From Thermostichus sp. DRC_bins_24 (lineage in GTDB: Bacteria > Cyanobacteriota > Cyanobacteriia > Thermostichales > Thermostichaceae): DNA of 64,000 nucleotides. Made by a program: the position numbers and the translations under genes. The notes below the pieces were generated by a model. The model searched no databases. It was not told the origin of the DNA and saw only the letters and a list, made by a program, of their open reading frames with translations. Within the stretch, counting starts at the first letter, position 1. Each line of letters opens with the position of its first letter. The stretch lies in the NCBI GenBank assembly GCA_039794845.1, contig JAUQVK010000086.1, positions 1-64,000 of the forward strand. The letters run 5' to 3'. Shown piece after piece: positions 10,708-20,208 of this stretch.

Positions 10708-11730
10708 ATGCTCACTGTTCTTGATCACCTGCCGGAGTCCATCCTTTCTCTAGAAGCCCATCAGCTCTATGACCACTTGGGTGGGCCAACCTTGATCCAC
10801 TTGCCAGGACGCAGGGAGCCTGCCCTATTTGTTTCGGTTTTGTTGCACGGGAACGAAGTCACGGGTTGGCAAGCGATTCGGCGCCTCCTCCGCCACTACG
10901 CCCAGCGGGAGTTGCCCCGTTCCCTCTCGATTTTTATCGGCAACGTCCAGGCCGCTCGCCAAGGTCAACGGCGACTGGATGGACAGCCAGACTACAACCG
11001 CATCTGGGGAGACGGCTCCACCCCTGAACACGCCATCGCACAGGCCGTGATCCAGCAGATGCAGCAACGGGGAGTTTTCGCCAGCGTTGATGTTCACAAC
11101 AACACGGGGACCAACCCCCACTATGCCTGTGTCAATTACCTGGATGCCCCCAGCCTACATCTGGCTGCCTTGTTTGGGCGCACCGTTCTTTATTTCACCA
11201 AGCCGGAGGGGGTACAGAGCATGGCCTTTGGGCGCTTCTGCCCCGCCGTGACCCTCGAATGTGGTAAGCCGGATCAACCCCACGGCAGCCAACATGCCTA
11301 CGAATTTTTAGAGGCCTGTCTACACCTTTCCGGGATCCCACAACGACCCATCCTCAGCCAGGATATCGACCTGTTTCACAGCGTGGCGATTGTGAAGATC
11401 CCGGATCAAGTCAGCTTTAGCTTTGGCGAGGAAGCACCCCCTCCGGAGCAGAATGGAGCCCTTTCCCACATCCGCTTTCCTGCCGACCTGGATCACCTCA
11501 ATTTTCAGGAGATTCCCCCCCATACCCGCATTGGCTGGACCCACAACGGCTTCCACTTGGATGTACAAAATGAGCAGGGTCAAGATGTAGCCGACCGCTT
11601 CTTCTACGCTCAGGATGGAGAAATTCGCACCAGCGTGCCCCTGATGCCGGGCATGCTCACCCTCAACAGCCGCATCATCCGCCAAGACTGCCTTTGCTAT
11701 CTGATGGAGCGCTACCCCTTGGTCAGTTGA
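10708..11730 (+). CDS. M14-family metallopeptidase (succinylglutamate desuccinylase/aspartoacylase-like)
   Basis: LLHGNE (HxxE), DYNRIW, VDVHNN, TLECG. Confidence 0.85.
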   Translation: MLTVLDHLPESILSLEAHQLYDHLGGPTLIHLPGRREPALFVSVLLHGNEVTGWQAIRRLLRHYAQRELPRSLSIFIGNVQAARQGQRRLDGQPDYNRIWGDGSTPEHAIAQAVIQQMQQRGVFASVDVHNNTGTNPHYACVNYLDAPSLHLAALFGRTVLYFTKPEGVQSMAFGRFCPAVTLECGKPDQPHGSQHAYEFLEACLHLSGIPQRPILSQDIDLFHSVAIVKIPDQVSFSFGEEAPPPEQNGALSHIRFPADLDHLNFQEIPPHTRIGWTHNGFHLDVQNEQGQDVADRFFYAQDGEIRTSVPLMPGMLTLNSRIIRQDCLCYLMERYPLVS

Positions 11731-11843
11731 GGGATCCCTTGAGGACCCTTGGGCCTACCCACAGCCCTACACACCTCCCAGGAACCCCCGAATGAATTCA
11801 TTGCTCGTATGGTCCTTCCAAACAAGAACAATACACTTTCCGA

Positions 11844-11894
11844 CTCCCACTTTGGGAGAGGGGCTACGGCCGGTGCCACGCTGGGGGTGAGGGC
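11844..11894. repeat. Cyanobacterial small dispersed repeat (SDR-like hairpin)
   Basis: CTCCCACTTTGGGAGAGGGGCT...CTGGGGGTGAGGGC; same core as the element at 43363-43502. Confidence 0.6.
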
Positions 11895-11993
11895 AAGTGT
11901 TGCTAACTCAATTCAGAGGACCATACACCCTAAGAGAGGAGTTGCTCCGGCCCCTTCGAGGCGGTTCATCCAAGCTAGGGATCCCGGCCAATC

Positions 11994-13007
11994 CTAACCC
12001 CGCCGCACTTCCACTTCTCCATGAGCCTTCAAGAGGGCGGCCAGCTTGTGACGCATGACAATGCCAGGCTTATCGGTGAACATGTGCTGTTCCACTTTGA
12101 TATCAAGGGGAACATCGTAGTCTGTGCCCTCCAAAATCAGCTGATCCTCAAGGGTGACCTGGCGGTCGAAGGCGATGATGCTTTCAGCACTCACCTCTGC
12201 TTCTGAATCGTTGCGAACACAGAACTGCACCACCTGTGAGGTTTGGTCGTCGATGGGGGTGGCCCCGGTAAAGATGATGTGGATCAGACCGTTGGGATAG
12301 GTGATCTTGAGTTTGCGGCTGAAGGGCATAAACCAGGTGCTTTCCAGGATGCGTACGGTACGATCCTCGGTCATTTTTAAGTTTTGCTTCTGGATGTCGC
12401 TGTTGAACACCGGCAAGACGGAGGTGGCCCGAAGACCGTATTCCAGCTCTTCAAAGCTATCCAGATCCGGGGGCACGGGCTCGGAGATTACCCCAAAGCT
12501 CTGGTGATGCACAAAGTGGGGATGGGCATTGTCGAAGGAGTTCTCCATCAGGCGCAGGCCGGCACACTTCCAGACCTCGTAGAACTGGTGAATCTGACGA
12601 AACCGGGGATCCGCAACCTCCGAGATCTCGGGAATATCGACCAAGGGATCCGCCAGGGCTACCCAAACGTAGCCATAGCGCTCCTGGCAACGGAACCCCT
12701 CCACTCTGTAGGTGCGGGGGATGAAGTCTTCCGTCAGCTGTGGCACCTTCACACAGGCACCGGAGCCATCAAATTCCCAGCCGTGGTAGGGGCAGCGGAT
12801 GTGACCGTTGCAGACAATCCCTTTCGAGAGCTGGGCCGAACGATGACAGCAGCGATCCAAGACGGCGCAGGGCTGCCCCGACTCATCCAGCCAAAGCACC
12901 AAAGGAGTCTTCAGCAAGGTAAAAGCTTGCGGGCCAGATTGCAAAGCCGACATCGGAATGACGGGGTACCAAAATCGCTTGAGAACGGGCTGCTGGGTGA
13001 CGAGCAT
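11994..13007 (-). CDS. Rieske non-heme iron oxygenase (VanA/NdmA-like demethylase type)
   Basis: Rieske CxH...CxxH (DRCCHRSAQLS, CPYHGW); ENSFDNAHPHFVH mononuclear Fe motif; start taken at MLVTQQ. Confidence 0.88.
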   Translation of the reverse strand: MLVTQQPVLKRFWYPVIPMSALQSGPQAFTLLKTPLVLWLDESGQPCAVLDRCCHRSAQLSKGIVCNGHIRCPYHGWEFDGSGACVKVPQLTEDFIPRTYRVEGFRCQERYGYVWVALADPLVDIPEISEVADPRFRQIHQFYEVWKCAGLRLMENSFDNAHPHFVHHQSFGVISEPVPPDLDSFEELEYGLRATSVLPVFNSDIQKQNLKMTEDRTVRILESTWFMPFSRKLKITYPNGLIHIIFTGATPIDDQTSQVVQFCVRNDSEAEVSAESIIAFDRQVTLEDQLILEGTDYDVPLDIKVEQHMFTDKPGIVMRHKLAALLKAHGEVEVRRG

Positions 13008-13267
13008 GAACAGACTCCAAAAATGGTATCGAAGTCGCGGCAAGCGGGAAGAGCAGTTCTTCGCCTAAATTGAGCAAGGTTTTCGTGAGCCTAGGGGCGC
13101 AAAGGGTTGTTCTGAAAGACGATGGTAGGAACTTGCTGAGCAAAAATCCGTATTCCCCAACACACCTTGCCCGCACTGGAGGGTGAGCCTTTCCCCATCG
13201 GGATCTGCCCTTTTGCGTAGGGATGAGCTATTGATCAAGGGGAGCCAGGCGCTGGCTGTTTGGGAGT

Positions 13268-14758
13268 GTGAAACTGCCTAACCGACAGAGACCCTGTTGG
13301 GCTCCGGCTGTGAGGAGGAGTGGCAAGGTGCAAGAAGAATCCAAGGCGACCCCAGATCCCGCCAACCCAAGAATCCCCCCGGCGCAACCTGAGACAAAAC
13401 CTAATCCTCCTGAGCTTGTTAGGGCAGAATTCACCCATGAGAGTGAGCCAGACCGTCCAGCGGATGGGGAGGTGGATGCAGAGCCCCGCATCAGCCGTGC
13501 TGAAGAAAAACGACAACAGGAACGCCGTTCTTTACCCTGGCGCTTGGGGCTGGCCAATCTGCTTTCGGCAGGGCTGCATCTGATCCCGATGGGGCTGGTG
13601 GGCTGGCAACCCAGGATCCCAGAAGAAGTGGATCTCATCACATTTCAGTGGGTGGAGGTGGAAGCCGAACCGCCCCCCGATCCGCACTTTATTGCCCCTA
13701 TCTCTGCCCGTGAGTCCGGCCGATCCGAGCGTTGGGATCCGTATGTATCGGTGCGGCAAACCCAAGTGGCCAATCCAAGGGATGGGTTCGATGGTGCGGA
13801 GGTTCCTCCTGCGGCGGCATCACCTTTCCAAACCCGCTCCCAGCCCTTGCTCCCTCCCCCGGTGGATAGCCCTGAGGTGCCCCGGCCTACGCGGAACCCC
13901 GCGACTTCCCCACGCCAACCGCTTGCGGCCAGGCAGGCCAAGTTAGAAGACTTAGAAAATGCGGTCGCGGAACAAGACTGGGCGGAGGCGTTGCAACTGA
14001 CGGAAGACTGGCTGGATCACCTACCCCCGACGGCTCAACAGCGCCAACAACTGCAAGACTATCGACAGCATCTGCAAAGTTTGCTCTCTGCCCCAACAGA
14101 GCCTGAGCTGGCCGAGCCCCACGATCCTCAACCGGAAGCGCCGGTTAGTTCCCCTGAGCTTTTGCCGCAACCTCACCTGTTGGCCCAAGCAGATCCGCGC
14201 CCGATTTTGCCCCCGCCAGAGCCAGCCCCACAAGAAGCACCTTTGCCCCCTCTGCTTCCGATGCAAACCCCTCTTTTCGGAGCCAACAGTCAACCCGTCG
14301 CGCCGTTGCAGCAGCGTTCCCCAGAAATAGCGGTCCCTAAGAACAACAGCCAGGGATCCCCCAACTCCAACACCGATCACGTGGGCCCACCCAGTCTAAA
14401 TGCCGCTGCCGATCTGGATTGGGGAGAATATCTGGCCCAATTCCAAGAAAGAGTGCGCCAACACTGGGCCGTGCAGCGAGCCGCTGGATCCTACGTGACG
14501 GTGGTGCAACTGCGCCTGGATCGCAAGGGATCCCTGCGGGAACTGCGTCTCCATACCCCCTCAGAAGATCCGCTGTTGGATGCCGCCGTGCTCAGCGCCA
14601 TTCAACGCTCGGCTCCTTTTGCGCCCTTGCCCAGCAGTTACACGGGGGAAGAATTGGTGCTGGAGATTGACGTATTGAGTGGATCCCTGGAGGCCGGCCC
14701 TCCTGGGGTTCCTGAGATCAAATCCGAACCCCTACCCCAAGCCGGTTCAGACGGCTGA
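13268..14758 (+). CDS. TonB/TolA-family proline-rich protein
   Basis: TM segment SAGLHLI; long Pro-rich linker; C-terminal YLAQFQERVRQHW...LDAAVLSAIQRSAPFAPLP; start uncertain. Confidence 0.8.
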   Translation: MKLPNRQRPCWAPAVRRSGKVQEESKATPDPANPRIPPAQPETKPNPPELVRAEFTHESEPDRPADGEVDAEPRISRAEEKRQQERRSLPWRLGLANLLSAGLHLIPMGLVGWQPRIPEEVDLITFQWVEVEAEPPPDPHFIAPISARESGRSERWDPYVSVRQTQVANPRDGFDGAEVPPAAASPFQTRSQPLLPPPVDSPEVPRPTRNPATSPRQPLAARQAKLEDLENAVAEQDWAEALQLTEDWLDHLPPTAQQRQQLQDYRQHLQSLLSAPTEPELAEPHDPQPEAPVSSPELLPQPHLLAQADPRPILPPPEPAPQEAPLPPLLPMQTPLFGANSQPVAPLQQRSPEIAVPKNNSQGSPNSNTDHVGPPSLNAAADLDWGEYLAQFQERVRQHWAVQRAAGSYVTVVQLRLDRKGSLRELRLHTPSEDPLLDAAVLSAIQRSAPFAPLPSSYTGEELVLEIDVLSGSLEAGPPGVPEIKSEPLPQAGSDG

Positions 14759-14767
14759 GACTGTGGC

Positions 14768-14953
14768 CTAAGCCATGGACTTGCGGCGGTTACGACGGAC
14801 AGCGACTGCTTTGCGCTTGCGCTTTTCCAGGTTGGTTTCAAAATGCCGATGGTTGCGCAAATCCCGCAAAATGCCCGCCTTAGAAACCTGTCGCTTGAAG
14901 CGGCGCAGCGCAGATTCAATCCCTTCGTTTTCGCCAATCGTCACCTGGGTCAT
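14768..14953 (-). CDS. rpsU: 30S ribosomal protein S21
   Basis: [28 protein letters not shown]...HFET..EKRKRK. Confidence 0.97.
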
Positions 14954-15061
14954 AAGGAAGATATCCCCTCCATCGAGTGTATTCAGTCAAAGCAGGGATC
15001 CCTATCTTAGACCATCCCTGCGCGACTGCCCTCTTTGTTGGCTGCTTTTACGGGGTTGCTT

Positions 15062-16339
15062 CTACTGGGCACGGCTGCCGAAGTTGAGACCGGAAACCAC
15101 CTCGCCCCCGCTCAAATTGACGGTAAAAGAAGCAGTTGCGCCGCTGGGTGGGGGAGGGGTAGGAGTTGGAGTCGGGGTGCTGCCGATCACCGATTGCACA
15201 AAATCGAAGAAACTGGACACACGGGTATACACCCCAAAGAAATTGGGCAGGGCGCAACCCACCCCAAAACTGGTGATCCCTGCTAGGGCAAAGCCATTGC
15301 CACTGGGTACGATCAGCGGGCCACCGCTATCTGCTTGGCAGGAATCTACCCCCCCCTGGGGAAAGCCGGCACACAACATGGAGTCGAGAATGGTGCCGTC
15401 GTAGGACTGTGGCGCATTGCACTCGGCATTGGAGACGATGGGAACGGTGGCCTGTTGTAAATCTCGGGGAAAACCGCTCGGTTCCTGGCCGGCAGGTCGG
15501 GGGTCAGTGGCTCCCCAACCGAGGATGGTGGCGGCAGTGCCGGGAGCCGTTAAGTTGGTTTGGTTCGGCTGCACCAGAGGCAGGGTAGCCAAGGAAACGG
15601 GCTGTGATAGGCGTACCAAGGCAATATCGTTGCCACTCGGCTCTCCCGCTTGAGGGTTATAGCCGGGGTTGATGACAATCTGGGCGGCGCGAATGCGTTG
15701 GCCGGATCCCACCTCTAAGCGGTTGGTGCCCAACAACAAGTCCAGGTCTTGGGCGTTCAGCACCTGCTGCCCCTGATTGTTGAAAAAGCAATGGGCCGCT
15801 GTGATCACCCACTCCGGGGTAATCAGGGATCCGCCGCAGAACTGGCCCTGAAAGGGATCCTGTTGATCCGCCAATATCAAAGCCACCATCCAGGGAAAGG
15901 CCCCGGCCGGAGCGTTGGTACCACCAACGATTCGTTCTAGCGCTGGACCGGAGCGCGGCGTGGTGAAAACCCGTCCCGGCGGCAAAAGGGCGGTGACGCG
16001 ATAGGTTCCAGGAGGTAGGTTAAAAAAGCGGAAGTTGCCGCTGGCGTCACTGCTTACGCTCGGTTCCCCCGGATCAAGGCGGCCGTTGCCATTTAAGTCT
16101 AGAAACGTGGTGATGCCCGGCAGTCCCGGCTCTCCGGGATCCCGTAGACCATTGCCGTTGACATCGTCAAAATGGGATCCCTCGATGCGGCCGGTGGCAG
16201 GGGGCTGGATCGGCGGAACGGGGCGACTAGAGCTACCTCCCCCACAGGCACTCACACTCAGGGCAAGACACAGCCCCAGCGAAATCGGCCAAAAGTCAGC
16301 AGGGCTTTGGGGAGAATGTGACCCGGATCGGTAAGGCAT
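15062..16339 (-). CDS. Lipoprotein trypsin-like serine protease (S1A) with SdrD/Cna-B-like domain
   Basis: Lipobox [18 protein letters not shown] repeats; R-IVGG, TAAHC, NDIAL, DSGGP; start (MPYRSG) uncertain. Confidence 0.88.
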   Translation of the reverse strand: MPYRSGSHSPQSPADFWPISLGLCLALSVSACGGGSSSRPVPPIQPPATGRIEGSHFDDVNGNGLRDPGEPGLPGITTFLDLNGNGRLDPGEPSVSSDASGNFRFFNLPPGTYRVTALLPPGRVFTTPRSGPALERIVGGTNAPAGAFPWMVALILADQQDPFQGQFCGGSLITPEWVITAAHCFFNNQGQQVLNAQDLDLLLGTNRLEVGSGQRIRAAQIVINPGYNPQAGEPSGNDIALVRLSQPVSLATLPLVQPNQTNLTAPGTAATILGWGATDPRPAGQEPSGFPRDLQQATVPIVSNAECNAPQSYDGTILDSMLCAGFPQGGVDSCQADSGGPLIVPSGNGFALAGITSFGVGCALPNFFGVYTRVSSFFDFVQSVIGSTPTPTPTPPPPSGATASFTVNLSGGEVVSGLNFGSRAQ

Positions 16340-16652
16340 GGGTGGCTTTCCCAAGATCAAGCAAGATAGAGAAGAGGTTTTCGGTGGGCAATTCGTCCGG
16401 CAATCGCCGGCAGTAGACAGAACCTGTGAACAAGGGATCCCCCTGTTCCGGCGCATCCGGGGGGATAGGGCACGCATCACGATACTGCATTTGGGGAGCC
16501 TGGTGATTGCGGCACTTGGGAGACTTTACATGCTGCTTAGCGCTCTCCATTTGCCCAAACTCCCTAACCTTCAACGCGGCGATGCGCACCCTCTGCCTCT
16601 TGCCGCCCGCCCATTTGGGCAGTAAAACCGGGGTGGGAGTGGGTGTAGCCGG

Positions 16653-17276
16653 ATGAATATTGCGGTCTTGGGGTTCAAAGGGGGTGTGGGCAAAACCACC
16701 ACGGCGGTGCACTTGGCCCTCTACCTGCAACAGGCGAAAGGTGCGCCAGGGTCGGGCCCACCTGAGATGACCCTATTGATCGATGCGGATCCCAATCGCT
16801 CGGCTTCCCGCTGGGCAGAGCGGGGATCTTCCTTCCCCATTCAGGTACGGGCTGGAGAGCCCACGACGCCCACACCCACCGGCTTTCACCATACGGTGAT
16901 CGACACCCCCGCCCGCCCCAACTCCGAACAGTTGTATGCCCTGGCCCGGCGTTGTGATCTGCTGGTTTTGCCCTGCTCCCCAGATGCCTTGGCTTTGGAT
17001 GCCCTGATGCTGACCGCCGATGCCCTGAGGCGATTGGGAGCCGAGCACTACAGAGTCTTGCTCACCCTGATTCCCCCCTGGCCCAACCGAGATGGCGCCG
17101 AGGCCCGCAGCTTTTTGAACCAAGCCGGGATCCCTCTCTATCAGCATTCCATTCGCCGTACGGTGGCCTTTCAACGGGCTGCCCTAGAAGGGGTTTGCAT
17201 CAACGAAATCCCGGAGCCTAGAGCCAAACAAGCCTGGGCCGATTATGTCGCCGTGGGGGAGGAGATCCTGTCATGA
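16653..17276 (+). CDS. parA: ParA-family ATPase (short, type Ib-like)
   Basis: KGGVGKTT deviant Walker A, LLIDADPN, VIDTP; no N-terminal HTH. Confidence 0.88.
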   Translation: MNIAVLGFKGGVGKTTTAVHLALYLQQAKGAPGSGPPEMTLLIDADPNRSASRWAERGSSFPIQVRAGEPTTPTPTGFHHTVIDTPARPNSEQLYALARRCDLLVLPCSPDALALDALMLTADALRRLGAEHYRVLLTLIPPWPNRDGAEARSFLNQAGIPLYQHSIRRTVAFQRAALEGVCINEIPEPRAKQAWADYVAVGEEILS

Positions 17277-17566
17277 GCAAGTTTGAGCGGCTTTTGGAGA
17301 TGCAACCGGAGGGGATCCCGGCTCGCCCGGCCCCGAAAAAGTTGAGCGCCCAAGCCTACAAAATCCCAGACAGTAAGCCCGTCCTCGAGCCGTTGGATAG
17401 GTCTGAGAATCCTCGCCCCAAACCCAACAGCTCTGAATACGTCAAGCTGACAGCCTACATCCCAAAAGAGACCCACCGAGCCGTGAAACGAATCCTATTG
17501 GAATCGGATCAAGATCTCTCGGAGCTGATCGAGGCGTTGTTAACCCAGTGGCTACGCTCCCAGTAG
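17273..17566 (+). CDS. Small ParA partner, ParG/CopG-like ribbon-helix-helix protein
   Basis: ATGA overlap with parA; disordered N-terminus then VKLTAYIPKETHRAVKRILL..DLSELIEALLTQWL. Confidence 0.7.
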   Translation: MSKFERLLEMQPEGIPARPAPKKLSAQAYKIPDSKPVLEPLDRSENPRPKPNSSEYVKLTAYIPKETHRAVKRILLESDQDLSELIEALLTQWLRSQ

Positions 17567-17578
17567 CCCCCGGCTCGT

Positions 17579-18133
17579 TTACTCGACCAAGTCGGGGCGG
17601 GGCCACCGGGAGAGGAGCATCGCCGCTTCCCAGCGCCGCAGATCCTGGGCGATGTTCAGGGGGGTGAGGCCATAGCCGTCCGGCTCATCGATTTCCGAGC
17701 CATGTTCCAGCAGTAGTTGCACCACCTCCGGGTTGCCCGACCAGGCAGCAAAATGTAGAGGGAGCCCGCCCGCCCCGAAGCGGGCATTTACCTCCGCTCC
17801 ACCCTCGAGCAGGGCCCGGGTCACCGGGGCATTGCCCAGGCGAGCAGCTTGGTGTAGCGGGCTGGCCCCTCCGAAGTCCTGCTGGTTGGGATCCACCCCG
17901 TGCCTGAGCAGAAGGCGGGTGTTGAGGCCGCTGTCCACAAAAAACAGCGCAGTTTTGCCCCGCACGTCTACAACACCGGCATTCTTGCCCAGCCAGAGGG
18001 CCAGTTGCAGTCGCAACGGATGAGCTCTTGCCATAACCTCAGGCTCTTCGGGTAGGGTGTGGCCGTAGTAGACCAAGCCTGCCAACAACAGGGATCCCAT
18101 GCTGAGGCCGAGGCCCAAGAACTTGTGCCGCAT
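17579..18133 (-). CDS. Ankyrin repeat protein with N-terminal membrane anchor
   Basis: GASPLHQAA, GLPLHFAA, GLTPLNIA repeats. Confidence 0.88.
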   Translation of the reverse strand: MRHKFLGLGLSMGSLLLAGLVYYGHTLPEEPEVMARAHPLRLQLALWLGKNAGVVDVRGKTALFFVDSGLNTRLLLRHGVDPNQQDFGGASPLHQAARLGNAPVTRALLEGGAEVNARFGAGGLPLHFAAWSGNPEVVQLLLEHGSEIDEPDGYGLTPLNIAQDLRRWEAAMLLSRWPRPDLVE

Positions 18134-18138
18134 CGCTG

Positions 18139-18930
18139 CTACTCCCCGAACGAGAGAATAATCACCCCTCGGGGGGGCAAAGCCTGGGCCGAGAGGATGA
18201 GGGGGTTGCTGGCGGCCGGCTGAATCGCTGCCGCAGGAAATAGGCTCAAAAACTCCTGGAGAGGCAGCAGCTCACATTGCCCTTCTTCGGCGGCGGCGGT
18301 GCGATACATCGTCGGGATTACCAACTTCGGCTGGAGGGCTTCAATGGCCGCCTTGGCCCCAGCTGGGTCATAATTTTTCGGGCCACCCCCCACCGGCACC
18401 AGCAACAGATCGGGACGAGACAGCAAAATGGACTGCTCCCGAGTGATCGGGGCTGCCGCACCGCCCAAATGCACGATGTCGATGCCGGCCATGCTCCAGC
18501 GCCAACCGACATTCACCCCGAAGCGAGGGCCACGGGGCATGCGCACCCCTTGCACGCGAATCCCGTCCACCTGGTAGTCGCCCGGCTGAAAGAGCACCCG
18601 TGGGTTGCCGGGTACCACATCCAAAGCCCCCTCATCCAACAGGCGGCTGCTCAGCAACACCAGATCCGCCGGCACCCGTGGGGCAGGGTAGCCAGCCGTG
18701 CAGCCCAGCGGGCGAAAGGGGTTGACCAAAAAGCGGGTGCCGTCGGCCTCAAACAGAACACAACTGTGGTGAAGCCACGTCAGCTGCAAGCCCTCTAGGC
18801 TTGGGCTAGGAGTAAATTCGAAGGTTGCTCCGCTCTCAGAGGCGGGTTGAGCGGCTCCCCTCAGGCCCACAGCCATCGACCCCAGCAACCCGGCACTGGC
18901 TTGCAGCAATAGGCGACGATTCATGCACAA
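18139..18930 (-). CDS. MBL-fold metallo-hydrolase-like protein with Tat-like signal
   Basis: NRRLLLQ signal; WLHHSCVLF, HLGG, LLVPVGG, PKLVIPTMY; canonical HxHxDH appears degenerate. Confidence 0.8.
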   Translation of the reverse strand: MCMNRRLLLQASAGLLGSMAVGLRGAAQPASESGATFEFTPSPSLEGLQLTWLHHSCVLFEADGTRFLVNPFRPLGCTAGYPAPRVPADLVLLSSRLLDEGALDVVPGNPRVLFQPGDYQVDGIRVQGVRMPRGPRFGVNVGWRWSMAGIDIVHLGGAAAPITREQSILLSRPDLLLVPVGGGPKNYDPAGAKAAIEALQPKLVIPTMYRTAAAEEGQCELLPLQEFLSLFPAAAIQPAASNPLILSAQALPPRGVIILSFGE

Positions 18931-19595
18931 GGGATCCCTGACGTGACAACGGCAACGGCTTCCCGAGATGGCTCCGTCGGAGCCGGCTGAGCAACAGCCA
19001 AGGCTTTGGCCCCCCGTAAGAAGTTGTTCAACAACCGTTTGCCCTCTCCGGTCAAAATGCTCTCGGGGTGAAATTGTACCCCCTGAATGTGGGGATAGCG
19101 GCGGTGGCGTACCCCCATGATCATCCCGTCGCCGGTTTGGGCGGTCACCTCCAGCTCGGCGGGGCAGGTGGAAGGCTCAATCACCAGGCTGTGGTAACGG
19201 GTGGCGGTAAAGGGCTGAGCCAACCCCTCGAACACCCCCACCCCGCGATGGTGGATCGCCGAGGTTTTGCCATGCATCAGCTCGGGGGCGCGCACAATCC
19301 GGCCCCCATACACCTGCCCAATACACTGGTGCCCCAGACAAACCCCCAAAATGGGCAGGGTTGGCCCCAGCTCTCGGATCAAATCCAGAGAAATCCCCGC
19401 ATCCTCCGGTCGTCCCGGCCCAGGGGAAATGACCACGGCCTCCGGCTGCAGCTGTTGCAAGTCGGCCACCGAGAGCTGGTCATTGCGAAAAACCCGTAAA
19501 TCGGCCCCCAACTCCCCCAGATATTGCACCAGGTTGTAGGTGAAGCTGTCGTAGTTGTCGATGACGACCAGCACGATGACATCCGATAACGGCAC
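18921..19595 (-). CDS. trpG: Anthranilate/aminodeoxychorismate synthase component II
   Basis: IDNYDSFTYNL, SPGPG, GVCLGHQ, QFHPES; true start may be the GTG at 19574. Confidence 0.92.
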   Translation of the reverse strand: MPLSDVIVLVVIDNYDSFTYNLVQYLGELGADLRVFRNDQLSVADLQQLQPEAVVISPGPGRPEDAGISLDLIRELGPTLPILGVCLGHQCIGQVYGGRIVRAPELMHGKTSAIHHRGVGVFEGLAQPFTATRYHSLVIEPSTCPAELEVTAQTGDGMIMGVRHRRYPHIQGVQFHPESILTGEGKRLLNNFLRGAKALAVAQPAPTEPSREAVAVVTSGIPCA

Positions 19596-19770
19596 CTTAT
19601 TCTAGCATCGACCCCAGAGTCAAAAGCCTGCCCCGCTTGCTCCAAAGCCATTTCAGCCCATCATGCAACAAGGTGAAACCCCTACTCACCTTCCGATCTG
19701 GCCCATCTGGGTTCTAATCCGAGTCGATGCGGCCTAGAATGTCGCTGGGATCCCTGATGAAGAGGAATGC

Positions 19771-20208
19771 ATGGTCAAACCCGATTCTGCCCACTTGCTA
19801 ACCCCTGATTTTCGCCTCAGCTTGTCCGTGCTGGGCTTGGCGGTGCCCTTGTTCTGGCTTTCCTTTTGGGCAGCGCTGGTGGTGGGGCTGTTTGGCCTGT
19901 TTTTGGTGGTGCAAACCGCTCTGATTGGGCTGGCTTTTACCAAGACCTCTCTGCAGGTGTACAGCGGCTCCAAGCGCATTCGAGACTTTCCCTACACTGA
20001 ATGGCAGGATTGGCAAATTTTCTGGCCCTCGGTGCCGGTTTTGTTCTTTTTTCGGGAACGCAAAAGCATTCATTTTTTGCCGATGCTGTTCAACCCTGCT
20101 GAGTTGAAAAGCTGCCTGGAGGAACGGGTGGGCCATCTGCGCTCCCGGCAGAAACTCGGGGGATCCCCATCCGGGGGCAGTTGGGACAGCTCTCCATCGG
20201 GTCAATGA
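19771..20208 (+). CDS. DUF3119-family membrane protein
   Basis: GLFGLFLVVQT...FPYTEWQDWQIFW...FRERKSIHFLPMLF. Confidence 0.8.
   Translation: MVKPDSAHLLTPDFRLSLSVLGLAVPLFWLSFWAALVVGLFGLFLVVQTALIGLAFTKTSLQVYSGSKRIRDFPYTEWQDWQIFWPSVPVLFFFRERKSIHFLPMLFNPAELKSCLEERVGHLRSRQKLGGSPSGGSWDSSPSGQ

Noticed and set aside
13050..13230. Possible riboswitch upstream of the Rieske oxygenase
   Set aside because: No aptamer consensus recognised by eye; needs an Rfam scan
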